64,000 nt of DNA from Macrostomum lignano (lineage: Eukaryota): contig NIVC01000131.1 in the NCBI GenBank assembly GCA_002269645.1, forward strand, positions 62,001-126,000, read 5' to 3'. The notes beneath the pieces were generated by a model. The model did no database searches. It had not been told where the DNA came from and was given only the letters and a program-made list of their open reading frames with translations. Numbering within the stretch: the first letter of the stretch is position 1; each line of letters starts with the position of its first letter. Both the position numbers and the translations under genes were made by a program. Positions 37,801 through 50,945 of the stretch are shown here, piece by piece.

Positions 37801-38368
37801 CTTATTTCACAATTTGATTCTGCAACTGCAAGAACATGTATACCACTTTTTCACTATTTTTATATGCTAGACTAGATAGCATGGCCGGTTTCCAAAAAAA
37901 ATTTTTATGCCAAGTATCACCAAAAGTTGTGAACTATCTTTTGCCAAAAAATATTTTGCCTAAATGGGCTGCATTCTGATTAACTGGTGCATATGGATGA
38001 AATTTAAAATACTTATTTAGATTGGAAACTAAAAAGAAAAGTAGCAACAAAAATTAATAATTAAATAATTAAAATAAATTAAATAAAGAAAATAGTTGGG
38101 AATTAATAAAATGTTTTAATGAATTTGCCTAAATTTATACAATTCAGTGGTTCATAATTATAACTTAATCCTAATTAAAATTCAAATGGTGAAAGTACTT
38201 AAAAAGTTGACTCACTGATTTTTGAAATCCATCAAGCCACTGTGAAGCACTCTCTTTGGACAAATGTCCATTGCCATTGCTATTATTGTACAAAACACCA
38301 ACTGCTTCAACAACTGAGGTGTAGGAGTAGGTGTCTGATGTGGACTGCTTCTCAGAGGACATAGTCAT
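25866..38368 (-). CDS. TNPO3: Transportin-3 / transportin-SR (importin-beta family), 10 exons, ~969 aa
   Basis: Exons 38368-38216, 34588-34499, 34428-34387, 34265-33966, 32681-32317, 31746-31353, 29227-29124, 28858-28534, 27761-27381, 26621-25866; all GT-AG with consistent phases (2910 nt). Motifs CYFAAQTM, VTQLCLAIADLALQM, LLEILFVMPEE, SLRLGQNRR, HSCFLYLAGIL, HRDA. Confidence 0.93.
26670..27280. repeat. G-rich minisatellite, ~29-30 bp (GGGAGCTTTGGGGTGGGTCAGCTGGAGTTT), TNPO3 intron 9
   Basis: About 20 copies. Confidence 0.96.
27830..28505. repeat. Minisatellite, ~28 bp (CTGAGGATCTGGGAGGCTGGCCAAGAAA), TNPO3 intron 8
   Basis: About 24 variant copies. Confidence 0.96.
29490..30035. repeat. Tandem repeat, 81-83 bp unit, ~6.5 copies, TNPO3 intron 6
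   Basis: Periods measured 29499 to 29580 to 29663. Confidence 0.95.
30230..31260 (+). mobile_element. 5'-truncated Penelope-like element (RT C-terminus + GIY-YIG endonuclease + pseudo-LTR region), antisense within TNPO3 intron 6
   Basis: LDMEI..TKVFRKPSFTG..HRAFLICS..NGYP (PLE RT thumb); GVIYKFHC..SYIGKTKRHLYTRVKEH..LNILEAMYIKDQNPSLN (GIY-YIG); stop at 31038; hammerhead downstream. Confidence 0.92.
31172..31211 (+). ncRNA. Minimal type I hammerhead ribozyme of the Penelope-like element
   Basis: Stem I TGCC (31172-75) / GGCA (31208-11); core CTGACGA (31176-82) plus an extra T; stem II GACC/GGTC with a 6-nt loop; GAAA; palindromic TGCA in place of stem III; cleavage triplet ATT. Confidence 0.85.
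31845..32270. repeat. Degenerate ~40-bp repeat (AAAGATTCGGTGGGCGCCATTATCCCCCCCC), TNPO3 intron 5
   Basis: About 10 diverged copies with variable poly-C/poly-A runs. Confidence 0.88.
32875..33947. repeat. Minisatellite, 20-bp unit GCCAAACTGGTGTCAGCATA, ~54 copies, TNPO3 intron 4
   Basis: Seen directly. Confidence 0.98.
35740..36470. mobile_element. Foldback/MITE-like structure: modular TTTGCTTG arm and inverted CAAGCAAA arm around an AT-rich spacer
   Basis: Left arm GCAGGAACTTTGCTTGTAGAAATTTTGCTTGC versus right arm GCAAGCAAAGTTCCTACAAGCAAAATTTGGCAGGCAAAGTTCCTGC; exact ends not defined. Confidence 0.45.
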
Positions 38369-38929
38369 TAAAATGAATTGTATATTAAGCTTAATTATAA
38401 AAATAGTTTGTGTTGATTCAAACCAAGATATCTAGTTTTTAAACATTAGGTCAAGAATCTCAAGTAGACTAAATATTAAAGTTTTTAATGGCAAAAGAAG
38501 CGCTAGATAATTTCGAAAGAGCGTAAAAAACCAATCGTTAAAAGCGAATTGAGTCTATAAATTCCCTGCTGCAGTTCTTGTATGCGTTACGTCTCGAGAC
38601 TGAAGTCTTAGTTTGAATGTTTGACATCTGAATCCAAGGAAAATTTATTACTGTACTGATTTAAATTACAATAAAAATTTGTTCGTAGCGAAATGGCATT
38701 CTATTTTAGTTATATGTAGTTTACTAATAAAAATTAGGCCAAGCTATTAAATTCCTTTGCATCCGAAATATTTAACCTTAGTAAATCAGTTGTTTTATCT
38801 TTCATAATTGTCCGTGAAAACCAAACCCGGTAAATGGGCCTTTTAAACATGCACGCACTAATTATGACTCAAGTAGAGATGTACCATACATATCTAGGCT
38901 GACTTAAATATGTCTATTAGAGATGAGAG

Positions 38930-39110
38930 AGATCGAAGAGACAGGAGGTGAGAAGAGAGAAAATTAGAAGAGAGAAGAGGAGAAAAGAGAAGAGAGGAGA
39001 GACAAAAGAGGAGAGGAGAGAGAAAGACGAGAGATGAGAAAAGAAAGGAGAGAGGAGATAAGATAAGAGAGAGTTCGAGGAGACGGAAGAGAAGTGAGGA
39101 GAGAAGAGAG
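38930..39110. repeat. GA-rich low-complexity tract
   Basis: Purine-only stretch between spen and TNPO3. Confidence 0.9.
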
Positions 39111-40633
39111 ACGGTTCAAAGGCCTCAAATTTTATTTTTAACACGAATTTAATCCAATTTTTTATCTTCATCTTAACTACTAATTAAACGAGCTTTTGTT
39201 TGAGGCCAACTTCAGATTTCGGAATGTATGCAAAAAATAGTTCAGAGGATTAAAATTCAGCGGGCTCAAAATCCGCGGGTGCAACAGCTTGTACAATAAA
39301 TAAATATATCAGATACGCGTATACTTTTTATATACTTTATCTCTGATGTTTGATTATAACTAAAAAATTAAACAGCTGCTAAAGTTCTGAGATGGTACCT
39401 ACCTAAACCTTGCTGCAAATTTTCTCGGCTGGCAAGTGTTCCTAGACCCTAAGGAGTGCCCATAATTTGTCGTGCCGCTAGCGCTTTTACATGCTCTCGA
39501 AAGATTGGATTTTCCTACATGTATCGCGGATATCTCTCGACCGAATGTGCGAAAATCAATTCAGCGCTATACTTAGTTTTCTAGACTTCATCTGGGCAAC
39601 AAACACATCCTCTGCGCATTCTTCTAGCCAAAGAAACAATTATGGGGCATTATTTAATATCTAATTACTTCAAGAAAAGCTGAAATACTAGTGTATCGTA
39701 GTACAATCCTACTTTCGGTGGTGATGCAAACCTAATATACATGTAGGCAACTAACCAACAGTATGCAATGCAAAAAGCAGAAGTTTCAAGAAATCATAAA
39801 AGAAGATATATTATTTATTGCCTCCTGCTTTATTTTATGAAGGCTAAAAATAACAGTAATTTTCATTTTACGAGCTAGTTCAAACGAATCATTTCACATC
39901 AGAATCGCAACTCGAATTGATCATTTTCTAAATTGCTAGCTTTAGACATTACAGCAATATCCCAAATTTTAAAGCAATCGCGAAAATACCCTACTGTTAG
40001 TAAAACAAATCGACCAGCTGGATCATTAAAGTCCTACAAATTAATCAGCTTTATTATATGCCGAGCTGTCTACTGCATAGGAAGGGCGTGGTCCCCGAAC
40101 TGTAACCCAAGCATTAAAAAACGGATAAAAATGTATAGGCAAACGAACTCGAACACATGGTTTTCAATCCAAAGAAGACAGATTTAGCAGGATGAGAGTT
40201 GTATTAGCGCTTTTTGTTATTCACCTTGAAAAATGTACAGCTGACATGGCCTGGATAGTTAATTAAGTTGTACAAAAAGGAGAACAATCAAAGCCTAATT
40301 GTATGTACAGAAGCAGGTGCAACGTATGTAATCACAAAGCTGAACAAGTCGAAAACAAAAAACGAGAAAACTGGTCGCGCAGAAAATCTAAAGAATGAAC
40401 GGTAATTCCGCATCTAAACTGGCTGCCAGGCTGTGTCGCGCGGGGGAGATCGGTGTGAGAATACATTGAAAATAGGGGGAGGGGGAAGAATTAGAAAAAG
40501 AAAAGATAAGCAGAGAAAGAGAGAAGGGGAAGAAACAATGTTGATATTACGTTGAGAAACACCACACCAACTCTTAGAACAGAGAGAGTAACTAGGACGG
40601 GCACGGAGCAGGGTGGCTTGGGTAGGGTCGATG

Positions 40634-43600
40634 TCACACAGTCGTAACGACCACAAGCAGGTGCGGCGTCTCAGAACTGGGCTGTGGAAACAGATTAGCG
40701 TACAGATCGCTGGCGTACTGCTGCAGCTTGGAGGTTGCAAACTGGCCGGGCGGAAAGATGTGCACAACATAGGCTGGCACATCCTGCTGATCGGGATAGT
40801 TGACGTTGACAATGCCGGCGGCCTGCTTCTCCTGCAGGTACTTGATGAAGGCCTCGCGCAGATTGTGCGTCTGGCTCCGATAGTCCTGCGCATTGACGCC
40901 GCAGGCTACGGCCAGCAATACGCAATATTCCGCTTCGTCCGCCATCTTGCGCTGGACGCCTTCCAGCTGAGCTGGCTCCAGTCGCATCCGCTGAGCGACC
41001 TTCAACACCCGGGCAGCGTCTGGCGCAGCCAGCTCCAGCGCCGCTTTGGCCAGCGTGTCGCTGCCGCGGACAAAGTGCATCTGCACGCCGGCCTCGTCGT
41101 TCTTTAAGGCTAGACGACCCTGCCATTTCACTGGATACTTGCGCAGCAAGGCATCCAGCTGTCCAGATTGCGCCGGGGCCTGCGACTGCTGCTGCTGCGG
41201 TGGCTGCTGCTGAGGTGGCTGCTGCGGTGGTTGTGGCGGTTGTGGCGGTGGCGGCGGCGGCGGAGGTTGCGACGAAGCGGCTGTTGTTGCGGCTGCTGCG
41301 GCTGACTGGCTGTTTGAGCCGGCAGCTGTGGCGGAGGCGGCGGCGCGGAACTCGGCTGGAATAGCTGCAACTGAGGCACATATTGGCTGTAAAGCAGGTC
41401 CTGAGGATAGCGTCCGCTAGCAAATAGTTGCATGTAGAGAGCCTGCAATTGAACCTGCTGCTGTTGCGTCTGTTGTTGCTGCTGCTGCTGCTGCATCCGC
41501 TGGGCAAAAGCATCATTGCCAGTCGAATCACTAGTTGTAGACGTAGTAGACAGTGATGAAACCGCAATTGATTGGGGCGTCATCAGTTGAGAGACTTGCT
41601 GGATTGGCGCAGCTGAGGTGTCAGGGGGAGCAGCGCAGGTGGTCACAGAGCAGATGGAGAATGGCTGCAGGCGCAACTCTGGAGCTGTGGTCACAGGCGT
41701 TGGCAACGATGACGGAGGCTGCGGCGGCAAAGCCGGCTGGGTGACAGACGGCGGACGGACAGGAGTGACCGCCGGCGGCACGGGGGTAAGTGTGAACCGT
41801 TCACCAGACGGATAGCGAAGTCGGTCGCGTTCCATGTAAGGCGACAAATCAATGTTTCCTTCGACAACTTCGCGAATAACATCGTCCAAGTGCTGCAGCG
41901 CCAAGGCTTCCATGGCCGGTGGCGACTTCTTGGCTGGCCGCTGGGCCAGGCCGCCAGTCAGACTGATAGTTGGCTGGGTAGGCGTTACTTCGGCGCTAGA
42001 GGCGACGCTGATGCCAACGGCAGAGCTGGCGCTGGTGACTGTAGGAGTATCGCCAGCTTGTTGCTGCTGATTATCCCAGCAGGCAGCTTGGTTGGGCGGA
42101 GCTGCTTGCACCTTGCGAATCACATCCTGTACAAACTGATCAAGATCTTGCTGAGCGGCCGGCTGCATTGGAGGCCGGGCGGGCTGGGCTGGCGGACCAA
42201 CAGGGTGCAGCATCAGGCCCGCCTCCGGCGCAGCAGAACGCGCCGTCTGCGGCTGCGGTACAGGCGGCAGCGGAGGCGGTGGCGGTGCGGGAATGAGCGG
42301 ACGTAGACTCAGTTCGGGCACTCGGAACTGAGGTTGAGACAGGCTGATAGCGGCCGGTCGTTGGCTTAGCTGGGCCAGAGCGTGCGCAGCTGTAGTTTCT
42401 AAATCAGCGTGGGCGGCCGCCAGCTTAGGCGGCTCATCGTCGTCGACTCGGTCCGGGCTGATCGCGGCGGCGTCTGGCTGAAAGCGGTCGATGGTCGGCA
42501 GGTCTGGCGCCGGCTCGAAAGTCTCGTCGTCGGAGAAAGAGAACAGAGATTTCTCAGTGACAGCTCGCGGATCCAACTGGGCCTTGGCTTCGGCAAATAT
42601 GTCGGTTAGGCGACTGCCAGCCGGCGGGCTTCCAGGATCGACAACAGACTCGGCGCGGCTAGAATCAGTCATTGGCACGGTGCTGGGAGTTGACGGCGCG
42701 GCAGCCTCCTCAGAGTCAGACGAGCTGCCAAACACGCTGTCGACAGACATTTTGCCGCGGCTAGCCTTGCCTGACTTAGACGACCGGTGCAACCGTTTGG
42801 AAGCCGGAGCCTTGGCTGCTGACGAGGAGCCGCGTCTTCGCTTCTCGTTGCCGCCACCGCCGCCACCACCGCCGACTTCGCTGCCGGTTGTGGTCGACTT
42901 TCGACTGCGGAATCGCGAGGAACTGCCACTCAACTGATGCTGCTTCTTGGATCGCACAGCCTCTTGTGCAGGATAAGTTCTAACGTTTTCCTGCATTGCC
43001 TCATCCTCGGTGTCGCTTGCTGATGGGCCAGCGGCGCTCTGCTGTCTGCTGGCGGGAGGCCGAGGCCTCGATCGTTTCCTGGAATTTTCATCCGAACGCC
43101 GGACTTCGCCTGGCCTGGTCAGACTTCTGATGCCGTCGGACGCGGACGCGGTTCGAGAAGCCTGCCGGCGTTTGATTTTGTCGTACATAGATTCGTACGG
43201 TTGGGCCCAATCGGCTGGATCGAATGCCAGCTCGAGCTGCGCGTCATTTTCGCGCTTGATTGGTGGCTGGCGCCAATGTGGCGCCGGGCAGATTTGCCGC
43301 TTCTAATACTGCCGCCAGCGTCGGAGTCAGCTTCCTCTGATTCTGAATTACGACGCCGTTTCACCACCATAGTGGACTGGCCAACACGAAGCGGCGGAGT
43401 TGGTGACACCGGAGTCTCTGGCGGCGTCGGCATGGTGGAACTACTGCGAACTTCCTCTTCGCCAATGGTGGATGTCGGATTGGCCTCCGTGCACGTGCCA
43501 GCGGATGGCGACTGGCAATCGAATAGGCCGACAAGAGGCTGCGTCGCCGATCCGCTGCGGGTGCCAAGCGCGGCCTCGTAGGCGGACACTGCTTGCTCGA

Positions 43601-46600
43601 GGCAGCGTGTTTCCCGCTCAGTCACGGACTGTTGGCCAGCCGGACGAAGGCCACCAGAGGCGGCCGCAGTAGCTCTAGGCGTTTTCCTAGTAGAAGCTGC
43701 CGGCGAGCGAGACGACAGTGAGGGCGAATTGGACTTCTTCAGCCAGCCGGGTGTGGAAAGCCGGTCGCTGTCCGACACGAGGCCAGATTGCTCCGCAGTG
43801 GATCTGTCGGACAGGAATTGAGAAGGGCTACTCACTTAAGGACTGACTCCAGTGTTAGAACTTTAATACATAAGCTGAATTTGACGCAATTTTCAATCTA
43901 AATGCCATCGAGGGGCATGAGTGCATACTTAAACTAAAAAATGGTAATACTACTGAGCAATGAAAGCTTACCCGCTGGTATCCGCATCGCTGCATTCGCT
44001 GCGCGCGTCCTCAAAGCAGGACAGTCTGGCTAATAGTCGTGATCTCGCTCCGACCCGTCCTTGGCCGCCGGGACGTCTCCGTCCGAGCTGTGGCCGCCGG
44101 ACTTGCGTCGGACGCTGCCGCTGTTTACGCGCTGACGGGACTCGATGAATTCGCGCAGCTCGGGCGGATTAGTTGGTCGATTGGCGTCTTGGTCAGCTTC
44201 ATTTGTGCTGGATCAGAAATTGGACAGGCGTATATAGGGTATAAATTCGTTGACTTATTTTTGCATGCACGCTAGAATGAGAAGCCTAGCCTAGCTTACT
44301 CCAATCATTAAATAGGAATGAAAAACCTCAATCTCCCACAATGTACTTTGCTATACATTTGTCTATGTCTATGGCCAAAACTGATCTACGAGCTAATTAA
44401 GAGTAGACGAAATCGTTCTTTAACGAGAGTACACAAAATTGACATACCCGCAGTCTTGAACTTTGCGCCAGTTCCCGTGACTCCTTGCCTTCACGTATTC
44501 TAGCATCATGTCGCGATAACGAGCCGCCGCCTTCGCACTGGAAATGATGCCGCGGTGAAGCTCGGGTGCCAGTAGCTGGTCGAAAAGCCTGGCGCAAAGG
44601 CAAAAAGAGGTCAGAGGATGGCAATCTTAGTTACTTAAATTTAGGCTCAGCTCGTTTGCAGGGTGGAGAGGGGCTACGGGCACTGCCGCAAACCAAGGTG
44701 AAACAGGGTGTACAGCGGCCCTAACTTGTTTTGTTAACCATACTAGCACCAGCCCCATATTAATGCGGCCATGCAGGGAATCGAACCCACGGACCCTAGT
44801 CAGGCGCTGGAGATGGCGCCTGGCGATTAACCCGATCCAACAAAATTTACAGTAAAAATGATGGTATTATTATTAAAAAGCTCTTACTTGTAATCGCTGC
44901 ACTGGCCAGACGTGACCAATTCGTCAACAAAGTGCTTCTGACAAGGCTGGCTAGCAAAGTCAACTAGCAATCGTTGGCCAAGCAGACTGGCGCATTTCAT
45001 TGCATCAACGGCTCGGCGTGCGTCGTCCAATTCGTTAAAGAATACCAGGGCGCAATGCCGGTGCGAATTGACGCAAACGTCTCTGAGACGGCCGTGACAG
45101 GCAAAAGTTTTACTTAGTAGCGATTCTGTCACTGTGGATGCCAGGTTAGCCAGCCACACGCAGTTGGTTGGCTGTGATTTTTGATAGCTGAGCCGGACTC
45201 GCTGACCGCCAACGGTCAGGTCGGCTGACTGACGGAGGGCAGCCGCGGCGCCTCGGATGTCTGAGAATTGCACAGTTGCCTTGGCTGGCCCATCTGTTGA
45301 AGACTTTAGTTCCACGTCCTGGAGAGAATTTGGGGTGGCGTTTTATGCTTATCTAAACCCACTAAACACCAAAACAGGCAAAACTACGCTTAGTAAAGTC
45401 AAGGTAAATCGTAGCAACTCTGCAATCAAAAGTCAGATAAAAAACAAAGGGATGCAGGGCATTAGTCAGCAGAAACACTCACCAGGATGGCGCCGTAGGC
45501 GGCAAGTTTTTCCCGCAGGTCGGCTTCTTGAACGCCGGGTTCAATATTGCTGACTAGCAAAGTCCTTGACGCCCGCGGGTGAAACTCGTCAAAGACTTGT
45601 TCGCCGGCTTCGTCAGCCGATTCTAGCCGCTCAACGTTGAGCGTCATGCCAAAGAAGCTCTTGCCGCTTTTGGTGAGCTCGTAAGCGGACTCGGCGTCTT
45701 CAGCCCGCTTAAAGACAATCAGCGCATGCCTGTCGTCTTTCTCGCCGCGCACTTGAATGCTGGACACTTTGCCAACTTTTCTGTACTCGTGAAACAGACC
45801 GTTTTGAATGCTGCCGTCTGCAATGACATTAATAAAGCCGCGGGCGGGGTAAGAGCGGAATTAATTAATTCAATCGGGCTTGTCTCGAAGCAAAATCACG
45901 CAATTTTTCTAGGTCTCATATTATATTACTAGAAGAAATTCTCGGGCCTTTTAGAATAGTGTAGGTGAAAATTTCAAGACTAAGAAAGGGTTTGAAAAGC
46001 GAGTTAGTGCGTGCACGCGATTCGTACTGTTCAAGAATTTTTGTTGTTGTCTTGTGTACAACCGAATACAGAAGAAACTAGAAACTAAAATCTAATGCTA
46101 ACTGTGGATTTAAACACGTACTGTCTGTTTAAATTTATAACATCGACTCATCAACACTTACCAGAGGAACGGTCGGGAAAATTCCAGACCTTAAGCACTT
46201 TCAGTTTGCTGCCGTCCTGCTTGCCGACTTGGGTCCTGCGGGAAGAACGAAGGGCCAGGCGGAGTAAAACCTCTGCGCGCCTATACACAGATGGGATTGC
46301 AAAAAGCGGTCTCCTCTCTGAGTCCCTTTCGTCTCTCCTGTTCCTACCCGACTCCACTCCCCTATTTCCCCTGGCTCCCAATCCCTCCCCTTCCCACTCA
46401 GCTTCCTCTTTAGCCTTCATTCACTCCAGGACAGGCTAGTCTCACTCTCACCCAAGTGCAGCGCAGCGCAGAGCAAAGCAAAGGGAAGAACGGCCATGGT
46501 AAAATCAATACTTCACCCCAATGTGCAAAGGAACCAAACCCGTTCACATATTGCTCATAGCTATCTTAATGTACTCTGTAGCCCAATTTAGTGTTTAGGT

Positions 46601-49600
46601 AGAACGACCAGGCCTTATCAATGCAGTGATTCAATGTGGAAAATTGTGAATCAAATGTACTCGCATAGGACCAAATACATTACATAAACTATGGAAATTG
46701 ATCAAAGGCAAAATGAAAGACGATTGCGAAAAGGTTTGCATCTATCATATTCAGAGTAACATGCATCGAATATGCATATGAAAAATTTCCTCATATCTAT
46801 TGTACTGATATTATTAGCAATTTTGATTGCTACGAGCGAGCACAATCTCCAAAAGTATAATAGAGATAGCTTAATAATAATTATATTAGGGGTTGCAGAG
46901 AGAAAACCGGTTAATCAGTTATGCAAGATGAAATAGGATCCGTCCAGCCCCATCGACAATGCCAGTATCGATCCAGAGTGGGGTACCTTGTGTGCTTAGT
47001 AAGCAGAGTGCGGCGATATGCCGCGTCCCGCGCCAGGACTTGCACAGGAGGGTGTGGAAGCACAAGCTTTTGCTGACTAGGCAAATGAAAGGGTTGGGCT
47101 TGTCCTGTACAGTGCGGTGTGCGGCTGACTACGGCCTAAGCCAAAGCAAGAATGAATTTCAGGTCACCACGTCTGCTACCTCCCCCCACCCGTTCTTTTC
47201 ATGCAAACCTTCCGCCTCTCCCTCTCCCTTTACCCAGCTCTTGCAGTCAGTCAGCCAAAAACACACTATAAACCCCAGAACCCCCGACCGATGCGCGAAC
47301 GCGCGCGTTCATTAACGTTCCCTCTCTATTCTGTTCACCGCCGGGCGCCAACCCACCCTCCGCTGTTTTGTGTACGCACGCACGCGCAGAGGAAGGGGTT
47401 GGGGTTGTTGGTTAGGAAACGAACAGTGGCGAGGGATAGAGAAGGAAATAGACAGAGGGCAGAGTGAGTAAGCTCCGAGATAGCCCAGTAGGCCAAACCT
47501 TACCAAAACAAGCAAGCAGCTCACACAAGGCTCACTCACAACTAGGGAAAGGGTAAGGGAGGAAGGCCAAACGGCTCTAAGGTTTGGGCAGGAGCGTCAC
47601 AGCGGGGCAAGAGAAAAATCGTGCCACTGCAAGTGTTCTGTTCAGACTTAGTCGTAGCACAGAAAACGAAAAAAGTGGAGCGAATGAGTAGCAGCATGGC
47701 TGCAAGCACACGCACGCATGCATGCAGTTCACGCACACATACAATTGCAGTACATACACCCCAAACTGAGAGTTCAACTAGACACAAGCCCGATAAGGAT
47801 AAGGACGCGTAGCAATTTCTTAATAAATTAACAAAAGATCTTTAATTATTTGTACAATTTCTCTTACCTGATTGGCGGACTGTTGTTGTTATTGACGCTT
47901 GTTGAACCATTTTCTAGAGAGCTCCTGTATGTTTAACAAATGTGTAAAGATGTCTAAAAGTTACATTATTTAAAGACTATGGAGCACGAACTTTTCTTTA
48001 AAAGCATGAATACACCGACTTACTTATCCGAAAACTTGCCGCTGGCCAGATCCTTCAGACGCTGTAGTCCAGGCTCGCCAGATTGATCGCAGTGTTCGGA
48101 AGTTAGCGAATGACCATTCAATAGATGCCGAGCTGCACAGGCTTTAGCAGCCACTTTTGCGTCTGGAAACGACAGCACTGCGCCGCGCAAATTGCCAGCC
48201 TCGTGAATTTTAGTAGCTAAGACACAGCCGTAGCTAAAAGGTTAATTAAGTATAGTTAGTTACAAAAACGCAACAAACTGCAGGAGGCATAAGCCCAAGT
48301 TCCTGAAATGAACTTTGGCCACTGTGATGATGTTTATTAGTTTATCTAACAAGACAAGTCCAAGATTTCAATATCAACCAGTTCAAATGAAATCAACTAT
48401 TTATCTAAATAAATTTACTCCATTCAAGCCATTCAAGAAGTGATAAAGCTAAACTGAATCAAACTAGCACAGCAGTCTATAGTAAAAAAAGTTTAAATAA
48501 GGATTAAGGGTTTTTTCTATATTTGCAATTTTATGCTATCTATTGACTTTGGCTTTGTATTCAAAACATTCTACCAATCAACAAAGAAAAGGCCTATGGC
48601 TATATTAGGCCAATTCAGATTAATAAAACTATAAAAGACCACATCTAGGCTAAAGATAGGATAAGATTCCAAACTAGATCTCAAAATCATAGGATTTGAA
48701 CAAATATTTCAGATTAATCTTTGATCAATAGAGTTAGACTAATATCCAACTATTTAAACATAATACAATAATAGATATTAGACTTATAGATAGACTATAG
48801 CCTAGGGAGACCCATTGCATTAAAAAGACTATTGCAATGAAAAGAACAAAACTACATTAAATTTTATTAACACAAACATTAATAATTTTGCTAAGCTTTT
48901 TGGCTTTGTACTTAAACTTTAGCCTGTGCTATGGCTGTATCAATTGTCATTATTTATATATATATATATTTATTATTCAGTTGCAAGCTAGTAATAATTG
49001 TCATTTGCTAGACACATGACTAGACCTAGCTAGTATTAGTAACCTAATTAATAAACTATGAAATAACACAAATGACTCTTATAGTTTACTTGCTTATTTG
49101 TTTGTATTGCCTAACTTCCTTGTCTCTTATTCTTGGGTCATTATATAACTCTCCTACGAGCTATGCTATGACTGGAATGTTTGATATAGATGACTAGATC
49201 TAAGCAAGACATAGTTGCAAAGTCGAGAGCTGATCAAATGTTTGAAGTTTGAACTGAGAAGAACGAGATTCAGCAGATAATAGACAAAAGTTGAAGTCAG
49301 ATTTAATGAGACAATGCAGTGAAACTTAAAAAATTAATTTAAACTTAAAGCCAAGCCACTTAATGTGCCAGGGAAACGCATGCCATTACTGTTGTTGTGA
49401 GTTGTGACTGCCCAAGCTTAAAATTCCAATGGCAATGGGCAACGAACTGAGCCTGAGCGAGAGGAGGATCGACGATAAGACTAGAAAACTCCCAGTCTTA
49501 ATTTATCTTAACAATAAAATGACTAAGCTCCTAATATAAAAATTCTTGTTAAATGCAGATATACCGTTAAGTTGTAGTAGGTGATAATGAAAATCAAGAA

Positions 49601-49688
49601 ATTACCTTGAAAACAGATCCGTCAAAGTTTGCTGAGTAACGTTGGGCGGCAGCTGGCTAATCCACAAGTAGCACGTCTCTTCTTTCAT
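40634..49688 (-). CDS. spen: Split ends / SHARP / MINT (4 RRMs + C-terminal SPOC), 9 exons, ~1580 aa if three 1-nt deletions are corrected
   Basis: Exons 49688-49606, 48233-48024, 47924-47868, 46235-46162, 45817-45483, 45318-44888, 44588-44448, 44207-43972, 43803-40634. RRM1 MKEETCYLWISQLPPNV; GLFHEYRKVGKV; DEFHPRASRTLLVSN; PTNCVWL; SMYDKIKRR; SPOC KYPVKWQGRLALKND..AQRMRLE..EKQAAGIVNV..HIFPP. Confidence 0.93.
44680..44840 (-). mobile_element. tRNA-derived SINE-like fragment in spen intron 6
   Basis: B-box GGTTCGATTCC on the minus strand (about 44777-44787); no full cloverleaf. Confidence 0.5.
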
Positions 49689-50814
49689 TACATAGAGTCA
49701 AATGTTCGATGGCATATCATGCTATAATAGCAGCTTGATTCGAAATTGTGAATGAAAATTGCTGCTAAGTCCCCTAGAATTGTGAACGCAACGCCAGTGT
49801 ATAGAAGATGCCGACTCAAGCAGGGCTTGTGCTGTAGTAGGGTATGAAATAGACTGCACAGGGAAGGGGGGTTTGTTGAGGGCTAATTTGAATAGCGAGT
49901 GCGCATCGACCAACCCCAAACTCTGGTCGATAAGTCCATACCACTTTTGGGGGGTATCATGATTCTACGTCGCGTTTGGCCTACTTGCAAAGTATGCTAC
50001 TAACAGTAACCGTACCTGTATATATATACAATTAATACATTGAAGCCGTAATATAAATCGCTTATGACTTACTTAATCAATGAAAACGATTGATGCTGAA
50101 ATAGGTAATAACTTTAGCACCAAAAAATGCATATGAACAGTTGGGTACATCATAAATTATGTAGTTAATTCTTTGAATTTTAGTATTATGAGTGTACGTA
50201 AAATTAACTGCTACGTTCAAAAAGGCATTATATTTTGCAGCAACGCAACATTAGATTTTACAACTCACAATGTAAAAAATCTGCTGAAAACCCCGGGTTT
50301 CAAAATCAATCCTTTTCAACATCTATTTATGTTACCAAAGGGACAATTCAAATTTTTAGAAATAAGTACAACTTTCTCACTGAAAAAACATTTAAAATTA
50401 GACAAACTCAACAAAATGATTTGAAAGCAATAAGAATCCATGTTAGAATCTCAATGTTTTACTACGTCCACCATTGACCATTCTCCATATTGCATGGGGC
50501 TCTCCCACAGGAAAAGATTACCTTTGGGCAGTTCAAAACTCGGCGTGATTAAAATGTTCAATGCACCAATATGATAACCCGGCCTAAGCCAAGCTTATGC
50601 TTTTGTCATGCTAAATTAGAAAACTGACACCCGCAGTTAAAATCCTATAGGATAAAGACAGGTTGGGCCATAAATGAGCAATGGCCATAGACAAAAGGGT
50701 CACATGCGGCCTGCGAAGCCTCTTTATCCGGCTCTCGGGTCCTCTTTAACTTCACTAGCTATAGCAATCCGGCCCGCACGAGGTTTGTGTCTATTCTTAG
50801 CTGTCTTGTCGAAT

Positions 50815-50945
50815 CTCCTCTTCTCTCCTCTCCTCATCTCTCCTCTCACTTTTTTGTCTCCTCTCCTTCTTTTCTCTCTCTTTTCTCTCCTATTTAATCT
50901 CTACTCTCCTCAGTCCCTCCTCCCCTTTATTCCCTCGCCTCCCTC
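50815..50945. repeat. TC-rich low-complexity tract
   Basis: Pyrimidine-dominated stretch. Confidence 0.85.

Noticed and set aside
41270-44170. Programmed -1 frameshifting or mini-introns in spen
   Set aside because: No X-XXY-YYZ slippery sites; the candidate GT-AG mini-introns I tested (43 and 85 nt) give the wrong frame.
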